A stretch of DNA of 64,000 nt from Treponema sp. GTDB lineage: Bacteria > Spirochaetota > Spirochaetia > Treponematales > Breznakiellaceae. The stretch lies in assembly GCA_031266875.1 (NCBI GenBank), contig JAISAE010000056.1, forward strand, positions 3,630 through 67,629. The letters run 5' to 3'. Made by a program: the position numbers and the translations under genes. The number at the start of each line of letters is the position of its first letter. Positions within the stretch are counted from its first letter, which is position 1. Shown here one piece after another: positions 20,971 to 29,716 of this stretch. Below the pieces are notes generated by a model. It was not told where the DNA came from, ran no database searches, and saw only the letters and a list, made by a program, of their open reading frames with translations.

Positions 20971-21190
20971 GGTTTATCAAAAGCGCCGTAAAACCACCGG
21001 CTTTAGGTATGGGCTTACTGACGTTTAAGCCCTCCTGAGTAAGCGCCCCCACTCCGTGTCAGACACAGCCGTCTCAGGCTAGAGCAATGTAGGCTTTGAG
21101 CTTTGCCAGTTCTAATGGGTTACTGACCACGCCAGCACCCCGCTAATAAGCGGGGTTACTTTTGATCAATCCAGTCTCGATCCGGCCCCG

Positions 21191-22735
21191 CTAACGCTCC
21201 CGCGTATCGTAGGCTCGTAAGCTGCGGGAGAGGGTGTAAAAGCGCGAGAGGTTTTCGCGGGGAGCTATGCTTGTTCGTATGTCGGAGAGACTAACGGGGT
21301 ATGGCTCAAGATAGAGCAGGCGGTTTCCCCAGAAGCCAAGCGTGATGAAAAGCCCGTCTTCGCCCCCCAGTTCATGGGTATCCCACATATCGCCGAACAC
21401 ATAGTCGCCCAAGGACCAAAAAACCGGCTTGCCCTGTATCCACTCAAAACCTTGCACAACGTGAGGATGTGAGCCAATGAGCAGGTCGGCCCCGCCATCA
21501 ATGAGGCTGGTATAAATCGCTCTAGTCGCTTCGTCCGGCTCATCCGCCCATTCTTCCCCGCCATGAAACAGTACGATGTCAAGAACCGAGTCGTCTGTTG
21601 AAAACTGAGCCTTGAGCTTTGCTGCTCCGTCCTTTCCCGCGTGAAGCAGTCCTGCCTTGTCCTCAGTGGCGGCAACGCTCAATCCATCCCAGCCGTTTTT
21701 TTCCTGGGGAAACGACGCGATGCCAAAGACCCGCGCCGCGCCCTCAAACACAAATGGTGCTGCCGCCGCCGTCTCATTCAGCCCCACGCCCAGAACCCCG
21801 ATTCCAGCCTCTTTGAGATACCTGAGTGAATCAAGCAGCCCCTCGTCCCCATAATCAAAGGCGTGGTTATTGGCAAGTAGCACTGCGTCTATACCAGAGG
21901 CACGTAACGCCGGCATTGAAAGCGGCGTACAGCGGAAGGTATACGTCTTGGGAACCGCTGTCCCTTGATCCGTTACCGCGCACTCAAGGTTGATGAGCGC
22001 GAGATCCGCAGCAGCGAGAAATTCAGCAGTTCCACCAAAAATGCTCTGCGGCCCCTCAGCCATAAGCAGCTTATCCGCGCCGCGATCCAGCAGTACATCG
22101 CCGCCAGACGCGACCCAGAACAGTGTTGGACGCTCTGCCCCCAGTGCTTTCGGCACGTTTTCGCCCAGTACCGCTGCGTTCAACGCCGCTTGCAGCGCCG
22201 CGTCAAGCTCGCTGATGAGCGCCGGCGGCGCTTCGCCCTGGGCGTTCCGTATTGTAACGCCGGTCTTCCTGACAAGCGGGTAATCCTCATCCGCGACGCT
22301 GAGCTCATCCACCCGCAGGGCGACAAAGGGAGGCTGCAGTTCTGTGATGGGAACAAGGTCTTCTTGACCGGCCAAGCAGCGGATGTAACTCGTATTGGTA
22401 CGGCCATTCAGCGGGTCTTCACGCGGCGCAAACCATGTGCGCGAAAGAACAACGCCCTCCTCAATCCGCTCATGTTCCCATGCTGAAAAAAAACTAACGC
22501 GAAGATCAGCCGTCTCGTGAGACGCAATGTCTGACCCCGCTGCAAACAGCCGTATACCCAGCGCCTCAAGCCGTTCCGTGTCATTCAGAAAACCGCGCAC
22601 AAAGGCTTCCTCAGCCTCATAGCGATTCGGATAATCAACAGCCACATACCAAAAGGGGTCAGCTATATTCGCGTTTCTGGCGCAGGCAGCCATCAGCATC
22701 GTCATACCGAGTAGCAACAAGTATACTTTTTTCAT
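21191..22735 (-). CDS. Lipoprotein with a CapA/PGA_cap-like metallophosphatase domain
   Basis: The signal peptide ends in a lipobox (LLLGMTMLMAAC). The C-terminal half carries CapA-family motifs (..NLECAVT.., ..LANNHAFDYG.., ..VLFHGGEEW.., ..IGSHPHVVQG..). Confidence 0.8.
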   Translation of the reverse strand: MKKVYLLLLGMTMLMAACARNANIADPFWYVAVDYPNRYEAEEAFVRGFLNDTERLEALGIRLFAAGSDIASHETADLRVSFFSAWEHERIEEGVVLSRTWFAPREDPLNGRTNTSYIRCLAGQEDLVPITELQPPFVALRVDELSVADEDYPLVRKTGVTIRNAQGEAPPALISELDAALQAALNAAVLGENVPKALGAERPTLFWVASGGDVLLDRGADKLLMAEGPQSIFGGTAEFLAAADLALINLECAVTDQGTAVPKTYTFRCTPLSMPALRASGIDAVLLANNHAFDYGDEGLLDSLRYLKEAGIGVLGVGLNETAAAAPFVFEGAARVFGIASFPQEKNGWDGLSVAATEDKAGLLHAGKDGAAKLKAQFSTDDSVLDIVLFHGGEEWADEPDEATRAIYTSLIDGGADLLIGSHPHVVQGFEWIQGKPVFWSLGDYVFGDMWDTHELGGEDGLFITLGFWGNRLLYLEPYPVSLSDIRTSIAPRENLSRFYTLSRSLRAYDTRER

Positions 22736-22850
22736 ACTAAGCTGATTATAGACTACTCACGCACGTTAGTACGACGCTCAGAGCAGCCTGTCTCCGGCAA
22801 GAGCTTGTCAATTGATCAAAGCCTTCTACCAGCGTACAATAATACTTATT

Positions 22851-23183
22851 ATGAAAGAACAACGAAAACATGCCCGATATAAGACAATGGCACAGGTCAG
22901 AGTCCCCGCGCTTTTTGAGGGAGATTCCTTGCTCAAAGATATCAGCGTTACTGGTTGTTGTATTGAATGTACAATGCAGGTTGAGGTTCACCCTGATACC
23001 AAGTATGCCATCGTGGTTGAACCTGAAGCTGTTTCCCAAATCAAGCCATTTGAGCTAGTAGCTGAATATCGCTGGGACAGTTCCGGCTCAGACGCTTGTA
23101 TCATCGGGTTCTTCATCGTGGAATTTCCCAAGAGTAAGCAGTTCCAACGGTACGTTGATTACCTCGCCTATCATTCCAGCTAA
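22851..23183 (+). CDS. PilZ domain protein
   Basis: RKHAR (RxxxR motif) and DISVTG (DxSxxG motif) are present. The ATG is at 22851; the track start at 22812 is a TTG. Confidence 0.75.
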   Translation: MKEQRKHARYKTMAQVRVPALFEGDSLLKDISVTGCCIECTMQVEVHPDTKYAIVVEPEAVSQIKPFELVAEYRWDSSGSDACIIGFFIVEFPKSKQFQRYVDYLAYHSS

Positions 23184-24153
23184 GACAGTCCCGCTTCTTG
23201 GGCGCGTGTACGAGGCAGTGTCCAGTGGACATGGTGTTTCCAGTGTGTACGCTGACAACTACGCGGAACTGTGTCTGCGGGCGGAACTGGAACGTGCCGA
23301 GTCTGATAACCCATGGGGGCCGCTTTTCTACAGTGAGACGCGGGAACCGGTCTTCTGGGCGCGGAACATCTGGCTCAATCCCTTCCTACTTGAGTTTGAT
23401 TCAATAGGGTCTGCCGCAACCGCGCTGCGCGGCATACAGCGCAACTGGCATCCCACCTTGTTTACCCACTGGCGCAGAGCCGCGCTCATCCAAAGCCGCC
23501 TGCCGCCGATGTCGCTCAAGCCGCGTCCGTTTCCGTGGCTGCTTCCTGATACTGCCATTGGCGCGTGGACCTTGCTGGATGAGCATACCCTGCTTGCCTC
23601 GGCGAACTGTTCCAGTCCCTTCCCCGGTGGTGTCATTGAATTTGAGGAAGACAAAAGCGGCCCCCCAAGCCGCGCCTATCTCAAGCTCTGGGAGGCGCTT
23701 GTCCGGTGTCGCGTATGGCCTCATGCGGGAGAGCGTTGCCTTGACGCGGGCGCGAGTCCGGGCGGCTGGACATGGGCGCTTGCTCGTTTAGGGGCAAATG
23801 TGATCGCGGTGGATCGTGCGCCGCTTGCTGAGCAGGTGGCGCGTATGCCCGGCGTGTGTTTCACGCAGCACAATGCTTTCAGCCTGCAACCAAAAGACAT
23901 TGGCCCCATTGACTGGCTCTTCTGCGACGTGATCTGCTACCCCGACCGCTTGTACGAATGGCTGGAAAAATGGCTCGCCGTTGGTCTCTGCGAGAACTTT
24001 GTTTGTACGATAAAAACCCAGGGCGCGAACACAAGGCAGAACTTAAACGATACACTCCGCCGTTTCATTGCCCTTGGTGGACAAGTGGTACATCTCTATC
24101 ATAACAAGCATGAGCTAACCTGGTTAAAAGTGAGGCAGCGCCCCGATGAATGA
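23155..24153 (+). CDS. rlmM: RlmM-like 23S rRNA 2'-O-ribose methyltransferase
   Basis: ..PPSRAYLKLWEAL.. and ..LDAGASPGGWTWALARLGANVIAVD.. match the RlmM/FtsJ-like fold. The start is uncertain: it is a TTG at 23155 that overlaps the PilZ gene end. Confidence 0.75.
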   Translation: MITSPIIPAKTVPLLGRVYEAVSSGHGVSSVYADNYAELCLRAELERAESDNPWGPLFYSETREPVFWARNIWLNPFLLEFDSIGSAATALRGIQRNWHPTLFTHWRRAALIQSRLPPMSLKPRPFPWLLPDTAIGAWTLLDEHTLLASANCSSPFPGGVIEFEEDKSGPPSRAYLKLWEALVRCRVWPHAGERCLDAGASPGGWTWALARLGANVIAVDRAPLAEQVARMPGVCFTQHNAFSLQPKDIGPIDWLFCDVICYPDRLYEWLEKWLAVGLCENFVCTIKTQGANTRQNLNDTLRRFIALGGQVVHLYHNKHELTWLKVRQRPDE

Positions 24154-25135
24154 ACTCTTATCACTTGAAAACGTAAGCGTCTCGTATTCCTTACGCAGAA
24201 GCGCGAACAGCAGCGTGTTTTCCCAAAGCGTGAGTGAGCTGCGGGCTGTTGACGACGTGTCCTTTACCATTGCCCCACAGGAAACACTGGGGCTGGTTGG
24301 GGAATCAGGCTGCGGGAAGTCGTCACTGGCAAGGGCAATTATTGGGCTGGAACCAATAGCGGGTGGGCGGATCGTGTTTGAAGGCGTGGACTGTGCGCGG
24401 CAGCCCAGCACGTTAAAACGCGGTAGAAAGCTCCATGCGACCTATAAACGGATGCAGATGGTGTTTCAAGACCCGTCTTCATCGCTGAACCCGCGCATGA
24501 GCGTGGAAGCCATGATACAAGAAGTGCTATGGGTATACCGCATTGTGGCGCGTGAAGAACTCAGTGACGAGATTGACCGCTTGCTGGCGCTGGTTGGACT
24601 TGCGCCGGATACGCGCCGGCGTCTTCCTCACGAATTTTCCGGCGGTCAGCGGCAGCGCCTCAGTATAGCGCGTGCGCTTGCCATACGCCCGTCCCTGCTC
24701 ATTTGCGATGAGGCTACTTCATCGCTGGATGCCTCGACGCAGGCGCAGATACTCAGCCTCCTGTGCGAACTGCGCGATACGCTTGGCTTGAGCTATCTTT
24801 TTATATCACACGGGCTTGGCGCGGTAAGGCATATAAGCGACCGTGTTGCCGTGATGTATCTGGGCAAGCTTGTGGAGATTGCGCCGAGCGCCGAGCTTTT
24901 TGCCACGCCCCGCCATCCTTACACGCAGGCGCTCATTGCCGCGAATCCCACACCTGATCCGCGGCAACGGCGTGCGCGGCGGCTTCTTAAAGGTATCGCG
25001 CCCGGTTTCCTTGACCTACCCGCTGGCTGCCGTTTTCACCCCCGTTGTCCCTTTGCGCAAGAGCTTTGCCGCACGGTCGCGCCCCAGTTCCGCGACGAGG
25101 CCGGACACGCGACTGCTTGCCATTTCAACACGTAG
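24146..25135 (+). CDS. Oligopeptide/dipeptide-type ABC transporter ATP-binding protein (OppF/DppF-like)
   Basis: Walker A is GESGCGKSS, the signature is FSGGQRQR, and Walker B is LLICDEATSSLD. A C-terminal oligopeptide-type Cys motif is present (..PAGCRFHPRCPFAQELC..). Confidence 0.92.
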   Translation: MNELLSLENVSVSYSLRRSANSSVFSQSVSELRAVDDVSFTIAPQETLGLVGESGCGKSSLARAIIGLEPIAGGRIVFEGVDCARQPSTLKRGRKLHATYKRMQMVFQDPSSSLNPRMSVEAMIQEVLWVYRIVAREELSDEIDRLLALVGLAPDTRRRLPHEFSGGQRQRLSIARALAIRPSLLICDEATSSLDASTQAQILSLLCELRDTLGLSYLFISHGLGAVRHISDRVAVMYLGKLVEIAPSAELFATPRHPYTQALIAANPTPDPRQRRARRLLKGIAPGFLDLPAGCRFHPRCPFAQELCRTVAPQFRDEAGHATACHFNT

Positions 25136-26390
25136 AACAACCGCTAAGCTGCGTAGAACAACCGCCAAGCCGCGCAGGATAACCGCTAAGCCACGCAGGA
25201 CAACCGCCAAGCCGCGCAGGATAACCGCCAAGCCACGCAGGATAACCGCCAAGCCGCGCAGAACAACCGCCAAGCCGCGCAGGATAACCGCCAATCCGCG
25301 GAGAACAACCGCCAAGCCACGTCGGAAAACCGCAACGCCGCGCAGGAGAACCGCCAAGCCGCGAAGTACAACCGCCCAGCCACGCCCCAAATCCCCCTAG
25401 CCTCCCTGGCAACCCGCCCAGCCTCGCCGGCTAACCGCTACGCCTCGCAGTACAACCGCTAAGCCGCGCAGGATAACCGCCAAGCCGCGCATAACAACCG
25501 CCAAGCCGCGTAGGATAACCGCCAAGCCACGCAGGATAACCGCTAAGCCGCGCAGGATAACCGCTAAGCCGCGTAGAACAACCGCCAAGCCTCGCAGAAC
25601 AACCGCCAAGCCTCGTAGAACAACCGCCAAGCGACGCAGGATAACCGCTAAGCAGCGCAGGATAACCGCTAAGCCACGCAGAACAACCGCTAAGCCGCGC
25701 AGGATAACCGCCAAGCCACGCAGAACAACCGCCAAGCCGCGCAGGATAACCGCCAAGCCGCGCAGAACAACCGCCAAGCAACGCAGGATAACCGCCAAGC
25801 CGCGCAGAACAACCGCTAAGCCGCGCAGGATAACCGCCAAGCCGCGCAGAAAAATCGCCAAGCGACAGACAAAAACCGCCAAGCGACGCAGAACAACCGC
25901 CAAGCCGCGTAGGATAACCGCCAAGCCGCATAGAACAACCGCCAAGCAACGCAGGATAACCGCCAAGCGGTAAACAAGAACCGGCAAGGCGTAAGTAACA
26001 ACCAGCAAGGTGTAGACAACAACCAGCAAGGTGTAGACAAGAACCAGCAATCGGTAAACAACAACCGGTAAGGTGTAAACAAGAACCGCCAAGCGGTAAA
26101 CAAGAACCAGCAAGGCGTAAACAAGAACCGACAAGGCGTAGATAAGAACTAGCAAGGTGTAGACAAGAACCAGCAATCGGTAAACAACAACCGGCAAGGC
26201 GTAGACAAGAACCAGCAAGGCGTAAACAAGAATCAGCAAGCGGTAAACAAGAACCGCCAAGGTGTAAACAACAATCAGCAAGGTGTAAGTAACAACCAGC
26301 AAGGCGTAAACAAGAACCAGCAAGGCGTAAACAACAACCGCCAAGGTGTAAGCAACAACCAGCAAGGTGTAGACAACAACCAGCAATCGG
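25131..26390. repeat. Tandem array of 60 units of exactly 21 bp. Block A has 40 units (consensus cgcagGATaaccgccaagccg, alternating with ..gAACaa..). Block B has 20 units (taaacaagaaccagcaaggcg type).
   Basis: I read the units directly in register at 25131+21k. Three degenerate units at 25383-25445 keep the period. The first unit contains the TAG stop of the ABC ATPase gene. Confidence 0.95.
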
Positions 26391-26565
26391 TAAAAGCGCG
26401 GGTTTGCAGCCGCGCAAGGGTTTGGAGAGGCGCGGAATAGTTTCGGCACAAAGCACTGAAAATGAAGTCAAATTTAAAAAAATTTCGTACTATTACATAG
26501 CGGAGAAAAACCGCTGAGTGACGGACAAGAACCGCCACGCGGAAAAATTAGACTAGGAGTACGTT

Positions 26566-27240
26566 ATGGCGCATACGCAGGACTCTGTCCCCTCAAGGGA
26601 CGCGGAATTTGACGGCTGGCTGGAGAATTTAACCAGTTATGTAAACACAAAAACCTCAAGCGGGGCATGGACGCACATTCCGCCCGCCAAGGTAACAGCC
26701 TTAAGCCAGCATAACACGGACTGGCACACGGCTTACGCCAAGACATTGGGAGCGCATACCACTGTGGATACCGAGGAAAAAAAAGATCAGCGGAAGGCGG
26801 TGGAAGGTTTCGTCCGCCCCTTTATCCAGCAGTATCTCAAGTTTGATCCGGTAACCAATGAAGACCGGACAGCCATGAACCTGCATAACCGGGACGCTAC
26901 CCATTCGCCTATTGAAAAACCAACGACTAGAGCCTTGATTACCAGCCTCAAGGCGTTAGGCGGCTTTCAGGTGGAAGTCCGGTTTCAGGATGAGGCCACG
27001 CCGGACAGCCACGCTATTCCCTACGGCTGTAACGGTTGTCTTTTGCATTTTGTATGGGGGCCGGAAAAGGTAACGGATTACGCGGCCTTTTCGCACACCC
27101 AGCTGATGACCCGCACCCCTTTTGTTATTGATCTGCCGCCGGAAGCGGAAGGGAAGTTTTTATCCTGCGCTACCCATTGGCAAAACGGGCGCGGGGAATT
27201 GGGACCGTGGGGAGAGATACAACATGTTGTGATTGCGTAA
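26566..27240 (+). CDS. Hypothetical protein with no family I can recognise
   Basis: 224-aa ORF with an ATG preceded by AGGAG. It has no transmembrane segment or signal peptide. A perfect 8-bp hairpin follows at 27259-27279. Confidence 0.6.
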   Translation: MAHTQDSVPSRDAEFDGWLENLTSYVNTKTSSGAWTHIPPAKVTALSQHNTDWHTAYAKTLGAHTTVDTEEKKDQRKAVEGFVRPFIQQYLKFDPVTNEDRTAMNLHNRDATHSPIEKPTTRALITSLKALGGFQVEVRFQDEATPDSHAIPYGCNGCLLHFVWGPEKVTDYAAFSHTQLMTRTPFVIDLPPEAEGKFLSCATHWQNGRGELGPWGEIQHVVIA

Positions 27241-27442
27241 CGGCTTTGGGTAAGGCGGGGTCAGGGATTTGCCCTGACCTCTCCGGGCAAAGTAGATAGT
27301 ACGAACATGAAGGACGTATACTACGGCGCGGGGGAACATGGCGGTATTCCGGGATTCGGGTTTTGTCTCCAGTCCGGCAAAGATTAATGGTTTTGAGCTT
27401 TTCAAACTCCACGCTCCTGATGCCAAGGTAAAGGTGATATAA

Positions 27443-27658
27443 ATGTATAAACCGATAGAAGTAGACAAACAGAATCTAACGATTATGGGAATAAAATTCT
27501 CCAGTATCGAAGCCCTGGACAGCGCGGCAAACGCAATCGGCTCGAATATGTTTGAAGGCTTTGAACCAACTCCCGCATTGATCAAACTGTACCGGGATTA
27601 TACCAGCGGGAGTATAAAGGAGTATCAGCTTGTAGAGAGGCTCAGGGCCGCTCTATGA
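27443..27658 (+). CDS. VbhA-like antitoxin (Fic inhibitor)
   Basis: 71-aa ORF with the inhibitory motif [S/T]xxxE[G/N] present as SNMFEG. Its stop overlaps the Fic gene start as ATGA. Confidence 0.8.
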   Translation: MYKPIEVDKQNLTIMGIKFSSIEALDSAANAIGSNMFEGFEPTPALIKLYRDYTSGSIKEYQLVERLRAAL

Positions 27659-28260
27659 ACGATTATACATATATCGATCCTGATTATACCTACTCTAATC
27701 CTAAAACCGGTATTTTACGGAATAAAGAAAACGTTGAACGCGGCGATCTCCTTCTCGCTTTTGAAAGCTTTAAATGTTCCCAGCGTCTTGAGGAATTAAG
27801 AAAGAAACCTATCCATATTAAAGATTCAACTTCACTGCTTGATATACACAGGCATTTATTCCAGGATGTTTATGCATGGGCGGGCAAGAGACGAACCGTA
27901 GAGATTAGCAAGGACGGAAAACAATTTTTTCCGGTAAGCCATTTTGATACGGCCTTTGTTTATATTGATAATCTTGTTTCTGAATATAACGCCATCAATA
28001 AAAAAGATAAGGCTGGATTGGCCGCGAAACTTGCGGAAATTCTGGATAGAGTCAACTATCTCCACCCGTTCAGGGAAGGCAACGGTAGAACCCAGCGGGA
28101 ATTTATTCGGACTTTGGCTCTGGAAAAGGGCTATACCCTTAACCTTAACCCGCCCGACAATCAGGAAGTATATTCCCGCTATATGACCGGGACGATTGAA
28201 TCTGACGCGGAAAAACTAACGGCTTTAATATTTGAATTGCTGGTGGACTATCCTAAATGA
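27655..28260 (+). CDS. Fic family protein (class I Fic toxin, probable AMP transferase)
   Basis: 201-aa ORF with the canonical Fic motif HPFREGNGRTQR (HxFx[D/E]GNGRxxR). Confidence 0.9.
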   Translation: MNDYTYIDPDYTYSNPKTGILRNKENVERGDLLLAFESFKCSQRLEELRKKPIHIKDSTSLLDIHRHLFQDVYAWAGKRRTVEISKDGKQFFPVSHFDTAFVYIDNLVSEYNAINKKDKAGLAAKLAEILDRVNYLHPFREGNGRTQREFIRTLALEKGYTLNLNPPDNQEVYSRYMTGTIESDAEKLTALIFELLVDYPK

Positions 28261-28357
28261 AGCTCCAATTTAAGTACCAACAGTTCCGTGCTGATACCGC
28301 CTGTCTGATATTAAAGAATGTGGTAGGTTTATTGACATTTCAGACTGGAGAGACCCT

Positions 28358-29311
28358 GTGAAAAACTTCCTTATACGCAGAACCTTAGTTATGCTGCCCT
28401 TGCTTTTCGGGGTTTCCATCGTGAACTTCGCGCTGATTCGGCTTGCGCCCGGCAGCCCGCTTGACCTGATGGTGAGTCCCACCATGACGCCAGCGGCGCA
28501 CGCGGCCATGGAACGCAACCTGGGGCTGGACGCGCCGCTGTTCCGGCAGTACACGACGTGGCTGTTCAACGCGCTCAAGGGCAACTGGGGCTATTCATAC
28601 GCTTCTTACCGGCCAGTAAGCGCGCTGATCGCGGAACGCATTCCGGCTACGGTACTGCTTATGGGAAGCGCGCTTATGCTTGGCCTTCTCGTGGCCGTGC
28701 CGCTGGGGGTCTTGAGCGCGGTTAAGCGGGATACGCTCGTTGACCGTGTTGTCGCCTTGAGTGGTTTTGTGGGCGTTTCAGCCCCGAACTTTTTTCTGGG
28801 ACTGGGGCTTGTATATGTGTTCAGCGTGAAACTCAAGCTGCTCCCCTCAAGCGGGATGTTTACCCTGGGCGCTGAACGCGCTCCCCTTGATACGCTCCGC
28901 CACCTCGCGCTTCCCTGCATAACACTGGCGATACATATTGCCGGACGCTTTACCCGCTACGTCCGCTCGGCCATGCTGGATGTGTTACGGGAAGAGTACC
29001 TGCGAACAGCCGCAGCCAAAGGCGCGTCGCTGTTCAGGCGGCTCAGCGTTCACGCCTTTCGTAACGCGCTGATCCCGCTTATCACCCTCGTAGGCCTTGA
29101 ACTCCCCGGACTCTTTGGCGGCGCGATTGTTACTGAGCAAATCTTTTCATGGCCTGGCATTGGCCGGCTCACGATTGACTCCATCCTCAGCCGCGACTAT
29201 CCGGTGCTGATGGGCATCACCCTCATGGCCGCGCTGCTTACGCTTCTCGCCAGCCTCCTCACAGACATACTCTACGCTGTCGCTGATCCGCGAATCACCT
29301 TCTACCAATAA
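28358..29311 (+). CDS. Opp/Dpp-type ABC transporter permease (OppB/DppB-like)
   Basis: 317-aa polytopic ORF with a GTG start after GGAG. N-terminus is ..LIRRTLVMLPLLFGVSIVNFALIRLAPGSP.. and the C-terminus ends ..AVADPRI.. Confidence 0.9.
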   Translation: MKNFLIRRTLVMLPLLFGVSIVNFALIRLAPGSPLDLMVSPTMTPAAHAAMERNLGLDAPLFRQYTTWLFNALKGNWGYSYASYRPVSALIAERIPATVLLMGSALMLGLLVAVPLGVLSAVKRDTLVDRVVALSGFVGVSAPNFFLGLGLVYVFSVKLKLLPSSGMFTLGAERAPLDTLRHLALPCITLAIHIAGRFTRYVRSAMLDVLREEYLRTAAAKGASLFRRLSVHAFRNALIPLITLVGLELPGLFGGAIVTEQIFSWPGIGRLTIDSILSRDYPVLMGITLMAALLTLLASLLTDILYAVADPRITFYQ

Positions 29312-29378
29312 GTTTTCTTAATCACCATGAGGTAGTGTGGCGCTTGACAGTGGTTTTCCAACATGAGAATCTTCTTCC

Positions 29379-29705
29379 ATGAAAATTGAAGATTTGCGGG
29401 AAACAGCCGCGCTTGCCCATCTTAACCTTGATGACAAGGCGCTTGCTGCCTCATTCCCTGCTTTTGAACAGATGCTCGGGTTTTTTGCTGCCATGCAGTC
29501 GGCTGACGAGGATACGGCGGCCTTTGCCGCGCCCATCGCCACGCTTTCCGGTTCAGGCCGGACCGTTCCCGCAGCCTACTTCCGGCCTGACGCGCCTGAT
29601 GATGACATCAATCACGTTTTGGGCAGTTCTAACCTGAATGAAACCATGCTTAACAGCGCGGGTGAACAAGACGGCCAGTTTGTCGTTGTTCCCAATGTGC
29701 TTTAA
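29379..29705 (+). CDS. gatC: Glu/Asp-tRNA amidotransferase subunit C
   Basis: 108-aa ORF with ..AALAHLNLDDKAL.. It precedes gatA. Confidence 0.85.
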   Translation: MKIEDLRETAALAHLNLDDKALAASFPAFEQMLGFFAAMQSADEDTAAFAAPIATLSGSGRTVPAAYFRPDAPDDDINHVLGSSNLNETMLNSAGEQDGQFVVVPNVL

Positions 29706-29716
29706 CCGGAGTAAAT

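Noticed and set aside
25131-26390. A possible CRISPR array.
   Set aside because: The units are directly adjacent with no unique spacers, the period is only 21-23 bp, and no cas genes are in the window. The same applies to the other four arrays.
25016-26538. Long ORFs in several frames across the 21-bp array (for example 25397-26449, 350 aa; 25431-26471, 346 aa; 24870-25400, 176 aa) that encode heptad-repeat proteins.
   Set aside because: They are a predictable by-product of a stop-free 21-bp (7-codon) tandem unit. Several overlapping frames are open at once, and I saw no convincing ribosome-binding site. The products would be pure low-complexity heptads. I treat them as non-coding unless expression data say otherwise.
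27307-27387. A 26-codon ORF (MKDVYYGAGEHGGIPGFGFCLQSGKD) in the spacer before the antitoxin gene.
   Set aside because: It has no ribosome-binding site and no recognisable features, and it is too short to support from sequence alone.
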